From the IMG/VR virus record IMGVR_UViG_3300021420_000008, positions 1 through 50,916 of that record: a stretch of DNA of 50,916 bases, one strand, 5' to 3'. The translations under genes and the position numbers were made by a program. Below the pieces are notes generated by a model that was given only the letters and a program-made list of their open reading frames with translations, did not search any database and had not been told where the DNA came from. Each line of letters begins with the position of its first letter. Position 1 is the first letter of the stretch. Origin of the DNA: a virus (lineage: Duplodnaviria; Caudoviricetes). Of this stretch, positions 34,226 through 43,149 are shown piece by piece.

Positions 34226-34255
34226 TCCCGCATTTGCGGTACGTATTATGCCCAC

Positions 34256-34512
34256 CTAGTCATCCTCATCATCATCCTCAACCCTTATGGCCTTCCTCCT
34301 CCATTTCAAGAACCGTCATGCCTCCAGTTCCCTCCTTCCCAGTCTCCCTGTCCCAGTGCCGTTCCCTTAGTATGTTATCTCTTAAAAAAATATAAAAACA
34401 AAAAACACCCCTACAGAGAGACGGAACTGGGGCGGAGAGACTAGACCCATAACGGAACTACGAATGGGGGCGAGAGGCCGGGAGGGTTGAGGATGATGAA
34501 GAAGAAGACTAG
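34256..34512. repeat. 30-bp imperfect inverted repeat (27/30) flanking an A/T-rich core; candidate replication origin
   Basis: 34256-34285 versus the reverse complement of 34483-34512; core TTAAAAAAATATAAAAACAAAAAAC. Confidence 0.7.
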
Positions 34513-34545
34513 TTGCTAATGTTGATGATGAAGATGAGCCCAATC

Positions 34546-34577
34546 GTGAACAGGTTAACTCGCGCTAACCTGTTCAC
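34546..34577. repeat. perfect 12-bp stem hairpin GTGAACAGGTTA-N8-TAACCTGTTCAC
   Basis: Read directly; lies just downstream of ORF 34586..34780. Confidence 0.75.
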
Positions 34578-34585
34578 TCCCCTCA

Positions 34586-34780
34586 TCAGAGCGTAATCTT
34601 AATCGCCGCCTTCACGACCTCGGTTACGCAGAGCTTATAGATCCGCTCGCAGTCCGCGTCAGTAACATGTTCACGGAAATCCTCACTCACTGAGAAATCG
34701 CACATTGGCCGATTCCCCTCGACTAGCTCAAAGCTGTTCGGCGTCTTCTGAATAACCTGAAAAGGAAAGGTGATTCTCAT
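34586..34780 (-). CDS. hypothetical protein
   Basis: GAGGAG RBS. Confidence 0.55.
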   Translation of the reverse strand: MRITFPFQVIQKTPNSFELVEGNRPMCDFSVSEDFREHVTDADCERIYKLCVTEVVKAAIKITL

Positions 34781-34854
34781 TTCCGCTGCTCCTCGTCAAT
34801 AACCTATGCCCAGTTAAACCCCCGCGCCCCCGCAGTTCCACACTCACTGTGGGG

Positions 34855-35409
34855 TTATTCGCTTACAATTCCCAATTCAGCCGCGTACTCGTTGACCTGC
34901 TCGAGCGAAATTCCGCTCGCCGCAGCCCGTAATTCCGCCGCCTTATCACCGACGGCCTTCACGCGCCCCCAGACGTTCACAACATCGACGACCGTCGCCT
35001 TTTTCGCCTGAGCCGAGTCGAGCGCCATTTGCAGCGCCGCGGCGTAATCGATCGATTTGAGCGCCGCTACCGCCCTCACCGTCCACTGATCAAACTGAGG
35101 TCCCCTCGGCCGAGCGGTCAAATCCCAGTCGTCAGTCCCCGACTCATAATGATCGCGCAGCCGGACTATCGCCTCATACTTCTGCGCCGCAGTCGCGGCC
35201 GCGCCCGTAACCTTATCCTTCGGAATAGCCGCCGCGTTCGACAGTCGCTGTGTCCAGCCGTGAATTTCCGCATAGTCGCGGCAGATCTGTGCCGCACGCG
35301 AAGGGCAGAAATGCACCTCCCCTGCGCCGATCACGTTGATAATCAGCCGCTGCGCGTCATCATCCCATTTCGAAGTGACCACGCTGTTGGACTTCGGTTT
35401 ATCGTTCAT
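34855..35409 (-). CDS. first early gene, hypothetical protein
   Basis: AAGGGG RBS, downstream of two promoters; HGWTQRLSNAAA motif. Confidence 0.7.
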   Translation of the reverse strand: MNDKPKSNSVVTSKWDDDAQRLIINVIGAGEVHFCPSRAAQICRDYAEIHGWTQRLSNAAAIPKDKVTGAAATAAQKYEAIVRLRDHYESGTDDWDLTARPRGPQFDQWTVRAVAALKSIDYAAALQMALDSAQAKKATVVDVVNVWGRVKAVGDKAAELRAAASGISLEQVNEYAAELGIVSE

Positions 35410-35447
35410 ATCTCATTCCCCTTCGCCGTCGTAGTTATGATGTCGAA

Positions 35448-35476
35448 ATGATAACGTGTTCGCGAATTGCTGACAA
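35448..35476 (-). promoter_or_regulatory. sigma70-type early promoter TTGTCA-N17-TATCAT
   Basis: Correct spacing; preceded by GGTA like the 28.3 kb promoter. Confidence 0.7.
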
Positions 35477-35557
35477 TACCGTGTTCACGTTTCCTCCAGC
35501 CGCGTTCACGCGTATCATATCCTGCACTGCAGCATGACTCGCGTTGCGAAACCTTCC

Positions 35558-35586
35558 ATCATATCAGCTCCCGACTCGCGCGTCAA
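35558..35586 (-). promoter_or_regulatory. sigma70-type early promoter TTGACG-N17-TATGAT
   Basis: Near-consensus hexamers, 17-nt spacer, intergenic. Confidence 0.75.
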
Positions 35587-35929
35587 TCCCTGGTACGCGT
35601 CGGTACCCAGCCTGCAGGGGGCTCGGCGATTACCGCATCATAGCGTGATGCATATATCGACGGAGCCTACAATACTACAATCACGTCAGCTCTCACTCCC
35701 TCGCACCTACCGCCCTTGCGCTAGCCGTATGTTGCGTCGCTAAGATCGAGGCCGGACGGGGGCAAACTGAGAAGTGAGTACTCACTCCGCAGGCGAAATC
35801 CAAATTTTGCGCAACTGAGAGTAACGTGTTCATGTTTAAGGGAGCTGGAGCAGCGCAGTGGCACAGGAACTGCTCAGGATATCGTGTTCATGTTTAGTTA
35901 GCTGACCACAGTATATGGCAAAGTGGGTA

Positions 35930-35958
35930 TTGACTTTGGGGGTGGATAGGAGTATCTT
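35930..35958 (+). promoter_or_regulatory. sigma70-type promoter TTGACT-N17-TATCTT for the packaging operon
   Basis: Correct spacing; predicted start site only a few nt before ATG 35968. Confidence 0.6.
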
Positions 35959-35967
35959 CCTGTCGTC

Positions 35968-36522
35968 ATGAATGAGGAACTTGATTCTCTCACAGCCGAC
36001 GCCCTAGGGGCAGGAGCCCATGAGCCGGTAGGGGCGAAGCCGCCCAGCAAGCTGAACTACACGCACGAGGCCTGCGTGGAGATGCTCGTGGCGCATCCGG
36101 AACTGACGCAGCGCAGGATCGCGGAGATGTTCGGCTACAGCGAAGCTTGGCTGAGCACCATCATTTGCAGCGATGCGTTTCAGGCGCGCCTCGCGCAGCG
36201 ACGGGAGGAGATCATTGATCCCCTTCTGCGCTTGAGTGTCGAGGAGCGGTTTAAGGCGGCGGTGAACCGCAGCTTCGAGGTCTTGATGGAGAAGATGAGC
36301 GGGCCGGCGCGGCTGGTGAGTGATCAAGTGGCGATCCGGGTCGCGGAGATGGGCGGGAAGGTCCTAGCTGCCAAGGCTGCGAACGGGCCTCAGGCTCCCT
36401 TGATGGCTCCCGGGGAGCGGATCAAAGCCATAGCTGGTAGGCTTCGCGAATTGCAACGGCCCGCGGAGCCCATCGTGGTGGATGCGGTAGTGAAGGAGGT
36501 TCCGAGTGGCCTATCATCGTGA
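35968..36522 (+). CDS. putative terminase small subunit (N-terminal HTH)
   Basis: PELTQRRIAEMFGYSEAWLS HTH; first gene of the late arm, upstream of TerL. Confidence 0.6.
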   Translation: MNEELDSLTADALGAGAHEPVGAKPPSKLNYTHEACVEMLVAHPELTQRRIAEMFGYSEAWLSTIICSDAFQARLAQRREEIIDPLLRLSVEERFKAAVNRSFEVLMEKMSGPARLVSDQVAIRVAEMGGKVLAAKAANGPQAPLMAPGERIKAIAGRLRELQRPAEPIVVDAVVKEVPSGLSS

Positions 36523-36745
36523 GTATAAGCATACCAGCCACAAGATCAAGGGAGCGGAATATGGCTTCACCCTGCACGGCGGGGCGACGCATCCCGTAGG
36601 AGGGAATCACACCTTTCATACGGAGGGGCCGGGATGCTGGATGAGCGTGCCCTCGACGAAGCATCAGCCGAAGACGCCGGAGGCTCCCACAAGTGGCGAC
36701 CCGGTGAGGATGCACCACAAGATGGCCAGGCCCTATGAGAAATAG
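36506..36745 (+). CDS. hypothetical His-rich protein
   Basis: AGGAGG RBS. Confidence 0.5.
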   Translation: MAYHREYKHTSHKIKGAEYGFTLHGGATHPVGGNHTFHTEGPGCWMSVPSTKHQPKTPEAPTSGDPVRMHHKMARPYEK

Positions 36746-37024
36746 TCCGACCGACGGAGTCGGGAGCAGGGCGGAATGGCTCCGCCTGGAGCGGGGCAGA
36801 ACGGCTATCGCGATCTGATGAATAATGACTTTTACGAACCAGCCTCCCCTGCCTCGAGTCCTTGGACTCATTGGCTTGCGGCCCTTCAGACCCTAGGACA
36901 GGCAGGGAAAGGCTGGTATTCAGCGGAGCTGAATGATGAGACAAGGGCTTCCCAAATTACGACAGCCCCGCCAGAGGCCGAAGAAGGTGGCGAAGCCTAA
37001 GCGGGTGAAGAAATCACGCTACTG

Positions 37025-37237
37025 ATGGCGAAGAGACCGAAGGTCCAGCCTCCGCTCCGTGCGCCGAAGCCCCGGCTGACGGCGGAGGATCGGCGCTTTC
37101 AGGCGAGGGATGATCTCCGGACGCTGCAGTCGGCGCATGAGATTCAGAGCGATAAGCGAAGATACGATGAGGCTGGGCGTGAGGCCCGGCGGCAGATACA
37201 GGCACTCTCCCAAGTGAAACCGAGGAGCGGACGATGA
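37025..37237 (+). CDS. hypothetical basic protein
   Basis: FQARDDLRTLQSAHEIQSDKRR; ATGA overlap with the next gene. Confidence 0.55.
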   Translation: MAKRPKVQPPLRAPKPRLTAEDRRFQARDDLRTLQSAHEIQSDKRRYDEAGREARRQIQALSQVKPRSGR

Positions 37238-37602
37238 CGGATGAAGCGATAGTGACGGATTCCCTTGCTGCGATTGAGAAGCTGGATCTTCCAGCCGAGC
37301 CGTCGGAGCCCGCTCTTCCAGAAACTGTTCTGACAGATCCTTCGACCGAGGCCGGGCAAGTCGCTCTAGCCGGCGATCTACTTCCTCCCTCCCCAGAGCC
37401 CGTCGCCTCGGTCCCTTCGCTTCCAGAAGCTCCCCCTGTTGCTGTAGCTTCCCCCGTTGCTCCAGCCGCTCCCCCCGCGGCGGAGGCGACAATCCGCTCG
37501 TGGGCAGCGGATACCTTCACCAATCTCGTGGCCACAGGCCGCTTGCGCGAGCGCGAGGCGGAGGCCTTTGTGCAGGATCTGCTCAAGCGATTAGGGCTCT
37601 GA
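37234..37602 (+). CDS. Pro/Ala/Glu-rich hypothetical protein
   Basis: GAGGAG RBS. Confidence 0.5.
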   Translation: MTDEAIVTDSLAAIEKLDLPAEPSEPALPETVLTDPSTEAGQVALAGDLLPPSPEPVASVPSLPEAPPVAVASPVAPAAPPAAEATIRSWAADTFTNLVATGRLREREAEAFVQDLLKRLGL

Positions 37603-37603
37603 G

Positions 37604-37798
37604 ATGGACCTGCTGCAGATAATCGTCCTCGTCGCCGTCCTGGGCGTGGTGTGGTGGGCTCTCACCACACAAGTCCCGATGCCTCCGGCCGGGAAGAAGG
37701 CCCTCACTATCGCCTTCGTTGTGGTGATCGTCCTCGCCCTGCTCTCCTTCCTCGGCGTCGGTACCGGGGTGTTGCACTATAAGCCCCATCTCGGATGA
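37604..37798 (+). CDS. two-TM membrane protein (Thivi_2564-like)
   Basis: Two hydrophobic helices separated by VPMPP. Confidence 0.6.
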   Translation: MDLLQIIVLVAVLGVVWWALTTQVPMPPAGKKALTIAFVVVIVLALLSFLGVGTGVLHYKPHLG

Positions 37799-38112
37799 CC
37801 TCCCGGCAAGAATTTCAGTCCAAAACCCCCGACGAGACGAAGCTGTTGACCTTTGATTACAGCTCCGACCTCGGATCGGGGGAGACGATCTCGAGCACTG
37901 CAGTGAGCTGCGTGGTCTGGAGCGGAACGGATGCGGCTCCCTCGGGGATGATCTCAGGCTCAGCCACGATCTCGGGCACCCTGGTGACTCAGCTCTTCGC
38001 CGCAGGGCTCGCAGGAGTGATCTACTTGGTGAGGGTCCTAGCCACCACCAGTCTGGGCCAGGTCCTGCCTAAGGCAGGCTATCTAGCGGTGGTCGCTGCG
38101 CAGCCGGGGTAA
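37795..38112 (+). CDS. putative fibre-tail adaptor / small virion protein
   Basis: KTPDETKLLTFDYSSDL..GETISS motif, beta-sandwich composition. Confidence 0.55.
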   Translation: MTSRQEFQSKTPDETKLLTFDYSSDLGSGETISSTAVSCVVWSGTDAAPSGMISGSATISGTLVTQLFAAGLAGVIYLVRVLATTSLGQVLPKAGYLAVVAAQPG

Positions 38113-38113
38113 A

Positions 38114-39583
38114 GTGGAACAGCACGTCAAGCTGGATGCGGTGCTGCAGGAGACGTTTGCGGGGGTGTTCCTCAGCCCCCTTTATGACGAACCCAAGCCC
38201 ACGCCGGACTTCCATCGGCAAGGGTGGGAGCTCTACTGTTCTTCCGCTCCCCAGGCGGCCCTGGCGGCTCCGCGAGAGCACGCCAAATCTACCGCATTCA
38301 CCCACGATTTCGTCCTTGCAAACGTGCTCTTCCGCGTCGAGCAGTACGTCATCATCGTCTCTAGCAGTGAAGAGATGGCTATAGAGCCACTCACTGATAT
38401 TTCGAAGGAGCTCAGGGACAATGAGGACCTGATCGCTGAATTCGGCATCAAGCGTTTCGTCAGCGATACGAAGACCGACATCATCGTGGAGATGGAGGAT
38501 GACTACCAGTTCAGGATCATCGCCCGAGGTTCGGGGCAGAAAATGCGCGGCAGGAAGTGGATGGGGAAACGTCCGGGCCTTATCGTCTGCGATGATCTCG
38601 AAGATGATGAACAGGTTGAATCCTTGGAGCGCCGCACCAAATTCCGTCGATGGTTCTTTCGCGCTCTCAAGCCCGCGTTGCGTGATGGTGGGCGTCTTCG
38701 GCTCCATGGGACTATCCTTCATGAAGACAGTCTCCTAGCCCGGCTGATGAAGGACAAGACCTGGGCCACCCTGTTCTATAAGGCGCACGAGTCGTTTGAT
38801 GACTTTAGCAACATCTTGTGGCCTGAGAAGTTCCCCGAGGTCCGGTTGCGGATGATTAGGGCCTCTTTCATCGCGCAGTATGACGCTGCGGGTTACGCCC
38901 AGGAGTATCTCAACAACCCCTTTGACCATCAGGACAGCTACCTCCAGAAGGGCGACTTCCTCCCGATGGAGGAAGTGGATTACGAATCGCATCAGACCTT
39001 CTACGCAGCTGCTGATCTCGCCGCTTCCTCTCACGATCGAGCCAATCGGACCTCCCTGGTCGTTGGAGGCAAGGATACAAAGCATGCGCTGTTGTTCCGC
39101 GACCAGCGGGTAGGACGCTGGAAGCCCCAGGAGTGGCTCGAACACATGTTCGACATTCAGCAAAAGTGGTCCCCGAAAGCCTTCTTCGTCGAGAAGGGTC
39201 AGATTTGGTCCTCTGTTTCGGGCTTCATCGAGGCGGAGATGCTCAAGCGGCAGATTTGGATCAACTTCGTACCGATGAACCCTGCGAAGGATAAGGCCAC
39301 TCGCGGGCGAAGCTTGCAGAAACGGATGCGCGGCGGAGGGTGCAAATTCGACAAGCGAGCCGACTGGTATGTAGGGATGGAAGAAGAGCTTCTGCACTTC
39401 ACGGAGGAGGCCGAGGCGCTCTTGGATGACCAATTCGACTCGGCCTCGCTGCTCTCGTGGGGCCTCGACACCTTTGCAGAGGAGGAGGAAGACGATTTCT
39501 ACACGGATGAAGAGAGGCAGTTCTTCAAGGAACAGGCTCTCAGAGCAAAAGCTAATGGCAGGAGCCTAGTAACGGGCTATTGA
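38114..39583 (+). CDS. terL: terminase large subunit
   Basis: Deviant Walker A APREHAKST, Walker B IVCDDLED, GTILHEDSLL, QEYLNNP, nuclease AADLA..DDQFD. Confidence 0.9.
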   Translation: MEQHVKLDAVLQETFAGVFLSPLYDEPKPTPDFHRQGWELYCSSAPQAALAAPREHAKSTAFTHDFVLANVLFRVEQYVIIVSSSEEMAIEPLTDISKELRDNEDLIAEFGIKRFVSDTKTDIIVEMEDDYQFRIIARGSGQKMRGRKWMGKRPGLIVCDDLEDDEQVESLERRTKFRRWFFRALKPALRDGGRLRLHGTILHEDSLLARLMKDKTWATLFYKAHESFDDFSNILWPEKFPEVRLRMIRASFIAQYDAAGYAQEYLNNPFDHQDSYLQKGDFLPMEEVDYESHQTFYAAADLAASSHDRANRTSLVVGGKDTKHALLFRDQRVGRWKPQEWLEHMFDIQQKWSPKAFFVEKGQIWSSVSGFIEAEMLKRQIWINFVPMNPAKDKATRGRSLQKRMRGGGCKFDKRADWYVGMEEELLHFTEEAEALLDDQFDSASLLSWGLDTFAEEEEDDFYTDEERQFFKEQALRAKANGRSLVTGY

Positions 39584-41727
39584 AGATGATCCTCGAACTC
39601 TCCAAGCACCTCACTCTCGATCTCAAATCGATTCGCTCTCCGAATCTCGTGCCGGAGCTGGATGAGAATGATCTCGAAAACCTAGGCGCTTGGTGTTGGA
39701 CCGGCTACGACGCCGACGTGCAGTCGCGGGCGAATTGGTTCCGCCGCAACGAGGCGGGGATGGACCTCGCGATGCAGCTGGTGAAGGAGAAATCCTTTCC
39801 CTGGCCAGGATGTGCGAATGTTGCCTTCCCGCTGGTGACGATCGCTACGCTGCAATTCCACTCCCGCGCTTATCCCGAGCTGGTCCCCGGCAAGGACCTC
39901 GTCCAGTACGAGGTCTGGGGCGATGATCCGGAGGGCAAGGAAGCTGCCCGCGCCTCACGCATAGGGGCTCATATGAGTCATCAGTGCCTCAAGGAAGATG
40001 AGGGATGGCAGGACGTGCACGACAAGCTGATGATGAACTACTCTGTTGTCGGCTCCGCCTTCGTGAAGACCCGGAGGGATACAGCGGAGAATAAGAACAA
40101 GAGCGATTTCGTCCCTGCACGCTATCTGGTGATGGACTATTGGGCCAAGAGCGTCGAATCTTGCGGAAGGAAGACGCATCTTATCCCGCTTTCGCGCAAC
40201 GAGATCGTGGAGCGGGTGCGGAAGGGGACCTGGAAGGATGTCCTGAAGGAACCTTGGTACCAGGCCGGAGGCGAAGCGGATCAAAAGCAACAGGAGCGTG
40301 AAGCGGGGAAGGATAAACGAGCAGGCCTGGAGATGCCTCCGGCCGACGATCTCACCCCCTTTTGGTTCGGAGAGCAACATACCTGGGTCGATTTCGACGG
40401 AGACGGCTACGCTGAGCCTGTAATCGTCACATTCGAACTCAACTCCAAGAACGTGGTGCGGGTAGTCTATCGCTTCGAACGCGAAGAGGACATCATCCGC
40501 AATGATGAGAAGGCGATCGTCAAAATCCTGCCCGAGGAGCTATTCACCCGCTACGAATTCCTGCCCTCGCCCGACGGAGGCGTCTATGGCCTCGGTTGGG
40601 GCCTGCTAGTTGGGCCGCTCAATGAAGCTGTTTCAACCCTGGTCAATCAAACCCTGGACGCGGGGACAGTCAACAACACCAAGGGCGGCTTCCTCGCACG
40701 CAACGCAAAGCTGAGAGGGGGCAAGTACATCTTCAGTCCCTTCGAATGGGTCAACGTCGACGTGAGTGGAGGGACACTGAAGGATAGCATGATACCCTTG
40801 CCTGCGGGAGAGCCTTCCGAGGTGCTCTTTAAGCTCCTCGTTCTGCTGATCGACTATTCGAACCGGATCTGCTCCTCGACGGAGATGCTCGCCGGGGAGA
40901 ATCCTGGGCAGAACACGCCGGCACAGACCTCCGCTGCGATGGTCGAGCAGGGGATGAAGATCTTCGCTTCCATCTTCACTCGCGCCTGGCGGTGTATGAA
41001 GGAGGAGTTTAAGAAAATCTACATGCTCAACGCCGTCTATACAGCTCCCGGAAAGCCTCTGCCGGGATTCGCCTCCCTGGAAGACTACAAGGGCGATCCC
41101 TCTCGCATCTCGCCGAGTGCAGATCCGACGGTTTTGAGCGAAACACAGCGACTCCTCAAAGCGACGGCATTGCGCCAAGCTGCGTACACGGCTCCCGGCT
41201 ACGACATCGAAGCGGTGGAGACCTATTACCTCAAAGCCCTCCGCGTTCCGAATTGGCAAACCTTCTACAAGGGCAAGGACAAAGTCCCGCCGCTGCCGAA
41301 TGCAAAGATGTTGATCGAGCAGGCAAAGACGGAGAGGGAGAAGCTGAAGCTCCAGCAACAGAAAATGGAATTTGCCTTCGGCCTGCTGGAAGAGAAGCGC
41401 CTCAACGATGCGAAGATCCTGCAGCTCGAGGCCCAAGCTGCGAAATTCGTCGCGGAGGCTGGCGGGATTGAGAGCGGACAGCGCCTCGAAGCCTTCAAGA
41501 GTGTGATCGAGATTGTGAAGGGCAGGCAGGAACTGATCGGCAAGCAATTCGACTTGATAATGCAGCAAATGAAGGCCCAGGACGAGGGAGGCGAGGATGG
41601 AGAAGGTAAGTCCGGAGGAGTTCGCAAGGTGGCTGGAGGATCCAGTCACTCAGGCCCTGCGTCAGCATCTGCGGGAGGGGCGGCTGGAAGTAATGGATCT
41701 ATGGGCGCGGGGCCAGTTCACGCATGA
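39580..41727 (+). CDS. portal protein
   Basis: Follows TerL; KSFPWPGCANV; about 715 aa with C-terminal coiled-coil barrel as in P22-like portals. Confidence 0.85.
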   Translation: MKMILELSKHLTLDLKSIRSPNLVPELDENDLENLGAWCWTGYDADVQSRANWFRRNEAGMDLAMQLVKEKSFPWPGCANVAFPLVTIATLQFHSRAYPELVPGKDLVQYEVWGDDPEGKEAARASRIGAHMSHQCLKEDEGWQDVHDKLMMNYSVVGSAFVKTRRDTAENKNKSDFVPARYLVMDYWAKSVESCGRKTHLIPLSRNEIVERVRKGTWKDVLKEPWYQAGGEADQKQQEREAGKDKRAGLEMPPADDLTPFWFGEQHTWVDFDGDGYAEPVIVTFELNSKNVVRVVYRFEREEDIIRNDEKAIVKILPEELFTRYEFLPSPDGGVYGLGWGLLVGPLNEAVSTLVNQTLDAGTVNNTKGGFLARNAKLRGGKYIFSPFEWVNVDVSGGTLKDSMIPLPAGEPSEVLFKLLVLLIDYSNRICSSTEMLAGENPGQNTPAQTSAAMVEQGMKIFASIFTRAWRCMKEEFKKIYMLNAVYTAPGKPLPGFASLEDYKGDPSRISPSADPTVLSETQRLLKATALRQAAYTAPGYDIEAVETYYLKALRVPNWQTFYKGKDKVPPLPNAKMLIEQAKTEREKLKLQQQKMEFAFGLLEEKRLNDAKILQLEAQAAKFVAEAGGIESGQRLEAFKSVIEIVKGRQELIGKQFDLIMQQMKAQDEGGEDGEGKSGGVRKVAGGSSHSGPASASAGGAAGSNGSMGAGPVHA

Positions 41728-42034
41728 GGATGGGGACTCCACGCTGCAGGACAGCTCCAATGCCATAGGTGTTTGCCAGGCGTTGCAGGACATAATCGAT
41801 ATCAGCTACAGAGACCTTTTCGGCGAGGATGAAGATGACACAGCAGATGAAACTCGTAGACGATCCGAGGGCACTCCAGGAGAACCAAGGGAGCCCTATC
41901 CCCAGGGAACCCGCTTCGCAGTACCGATCAGGGATCAACGCTTCAGGTCTTCACCCCCTGGGCCGGGCGGTCCTTCTGTGGCCATTGGAAACGGGTCTGA
42001 AGACCCAGAAAATCCAGCTCCCCGAAACGGTTAA
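41597..42034 (+). CDS. hypothetical protein overlapping portal and GroES-like genes
   Basis: GAGG-rich RBS; EEFARWLEDPVTQAL motif. Confidence 0.55.
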   Translation: MEKVSPEEFARWLEDPVTQALRQHLREGRLEVMDLWARGQFTHEDGDSTLQDSSNAIGVCQALQDIIDISYRDLFGEDEDDTADETRRRSEGTPGEPREPYPQGTRFAVPIRDQRFRSSPPGPGGPSVAIGNGSEDPENPAPRNG

Positions 42035-42293
42035 GCAGCGACAGCTGGTCCTCGACACTGTGGCCTGGGTCGTGGAGATGGGGAAGGACTGCAATCCGTG
42101 GTGGAGCTTCCTCGTCCGCTGGCTGGGGATGCAAGGGCCTCGGTGTAAGGTGGGGGATGCGGTGATCGTTGCGGCGCTATCGGGCTCGATGCGCGAAGGC
42201 AAGGACGGAGTCATCTATCGCTTCGTGAATCACAGGGACATCTACGGCCTTGTTGACCAAGATCATCCACTGCTAGGAGGCCAAGATGCCTGA
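41829..42293 (+). CDS. GroES/Cpn10-like co-chaperonin
   Basis: LHPLGRAVLL, IQLPE, KVGDAVI, YRFVNHRDIYGLV. Confidence 0.75.
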   Translation: MKMTQQMKLVDDPRALQENQGSPIPREPASQYRSGINASGLHPLGRAVLLWPLETGLKTQKIQLPETVKQRQLVLDTVAWVVEMGKDCNPWWSFLVRWLGMQGPRCKVGDAVIVAALSGSMREGKDGVIYRFVNHRDIYGLVDQDHPLLGGQDA

Positions 42294-43149
42294 CGATCGG
42301 ACGACAGATGAACGAACTGACGCGCAGGTCGAGGCTGATGCCCGACTTGTGGGATGGCAGCCGGAGAATGAGTTTCCTGGCGATAAGGCCAAGTGGAAGC
42401 CCGCCCGCGAATTCCTGCAGATGGCTGAATCGCAACTGCCAATGGCGCGGGCAACGAATCGCCGGCTGGAGGCGACGAATCAGGAGCTGATCCGGCGGCT
42501 TAGGGCGCAGGAAACAGCAATAGCGGGGATGAAGGAGTCGCTCGAAGCGCTCAAGGAATTCCATTCCTCTGACACCAAGCGGAAGGTCGAGGAGGCCAGG
42601 GCCAAGCTGCTTGAGGAGCTGAAAACCGCTCGCACGGCGGGGGATGTTGACGCTGAGGCGGACATCCTCGATGCCCTCACCCAGGCGCAGGTGACGACGA
42701 AGGAGGAAGAGAAGAAACCTGAGCCGACGGAGTCGGCTGCGGAGTCACCTGACTGGAAAGCCTGGCGTGCAGACAATCCGAAATTCCAAACGGATAAGAA
42801 GTGGCGCGGAGTGAGTATCGGCATTGGGGAGGAGATGCGCGCCGATCCCGCATTCAATCACCTAGTGGGTCGCGCCTTTTATGACGAGGTCACCCGTCAG
42901 ACGGATGCGTGGTTCGCGGAGCATCCAGCTGCACCACGACGAACGGAAAAGAGCGAGGCGGGAGGCAGCGCGGGAGGCAACGGAGCCGGCTCTGCTGCGC
43001 CTCGGGGGAAGAGCTATGCACAGTTACCTCCCGACGCCAAGACTCAGTGCGAGAAGGACGCCAAGAAGCACGTTGGGAAGGATCCTGCCTTCAAAACACT
43101 TGCCGACTGGCAATCGTATTACGCTAAGGTCTATTGGGAGAACGAGTGA
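42286..43149 (+). CDS. capsid scaffolding protein
   Basis: Charged coiled-coil protein; ARLVGWQP..W motif; between portal and capsid. Confidence 0.7.
   Translation: MPDDRTTDERTDAQVEADARLVGWQPENEFPGDKAKWKPAREFLQMAESQLPMARATNRRLEATNQELIRRLRAQETAIAGMKESLEALKEFHSSDTKRKVEEARAKLLEELKTARTAGDVDAEADILDALTQAQVTTKEEEKKPEPTESAAESPDWKAWRADNPKFQTDKKWRGVSIGIGEEMRADPAFNHLVGRAFYDEVTRQTDAWFAEHPAAPRRTEKSEAGGSAGGNGAGSAAPRGKSYAQLPPDAKTQCEKDAKKHVGKDPAFKTLADWQSYYAKVYWENE

Noticed and set aside
34166-34255. N-terminal 30 codons of ORF 33953..34255 (and similarly of 29381..29767)
   Set aside because: They overlap well-formed promoters; downstream ATGs with RBS are more plausible starts
35455-35895. GTTC-containing boxes as LexA SOS boxes
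   Set aside because: Spacing matches neither CTGT-N8-ACAG, GTTC-N7-GTTC nor GAAC-N4-GTTC
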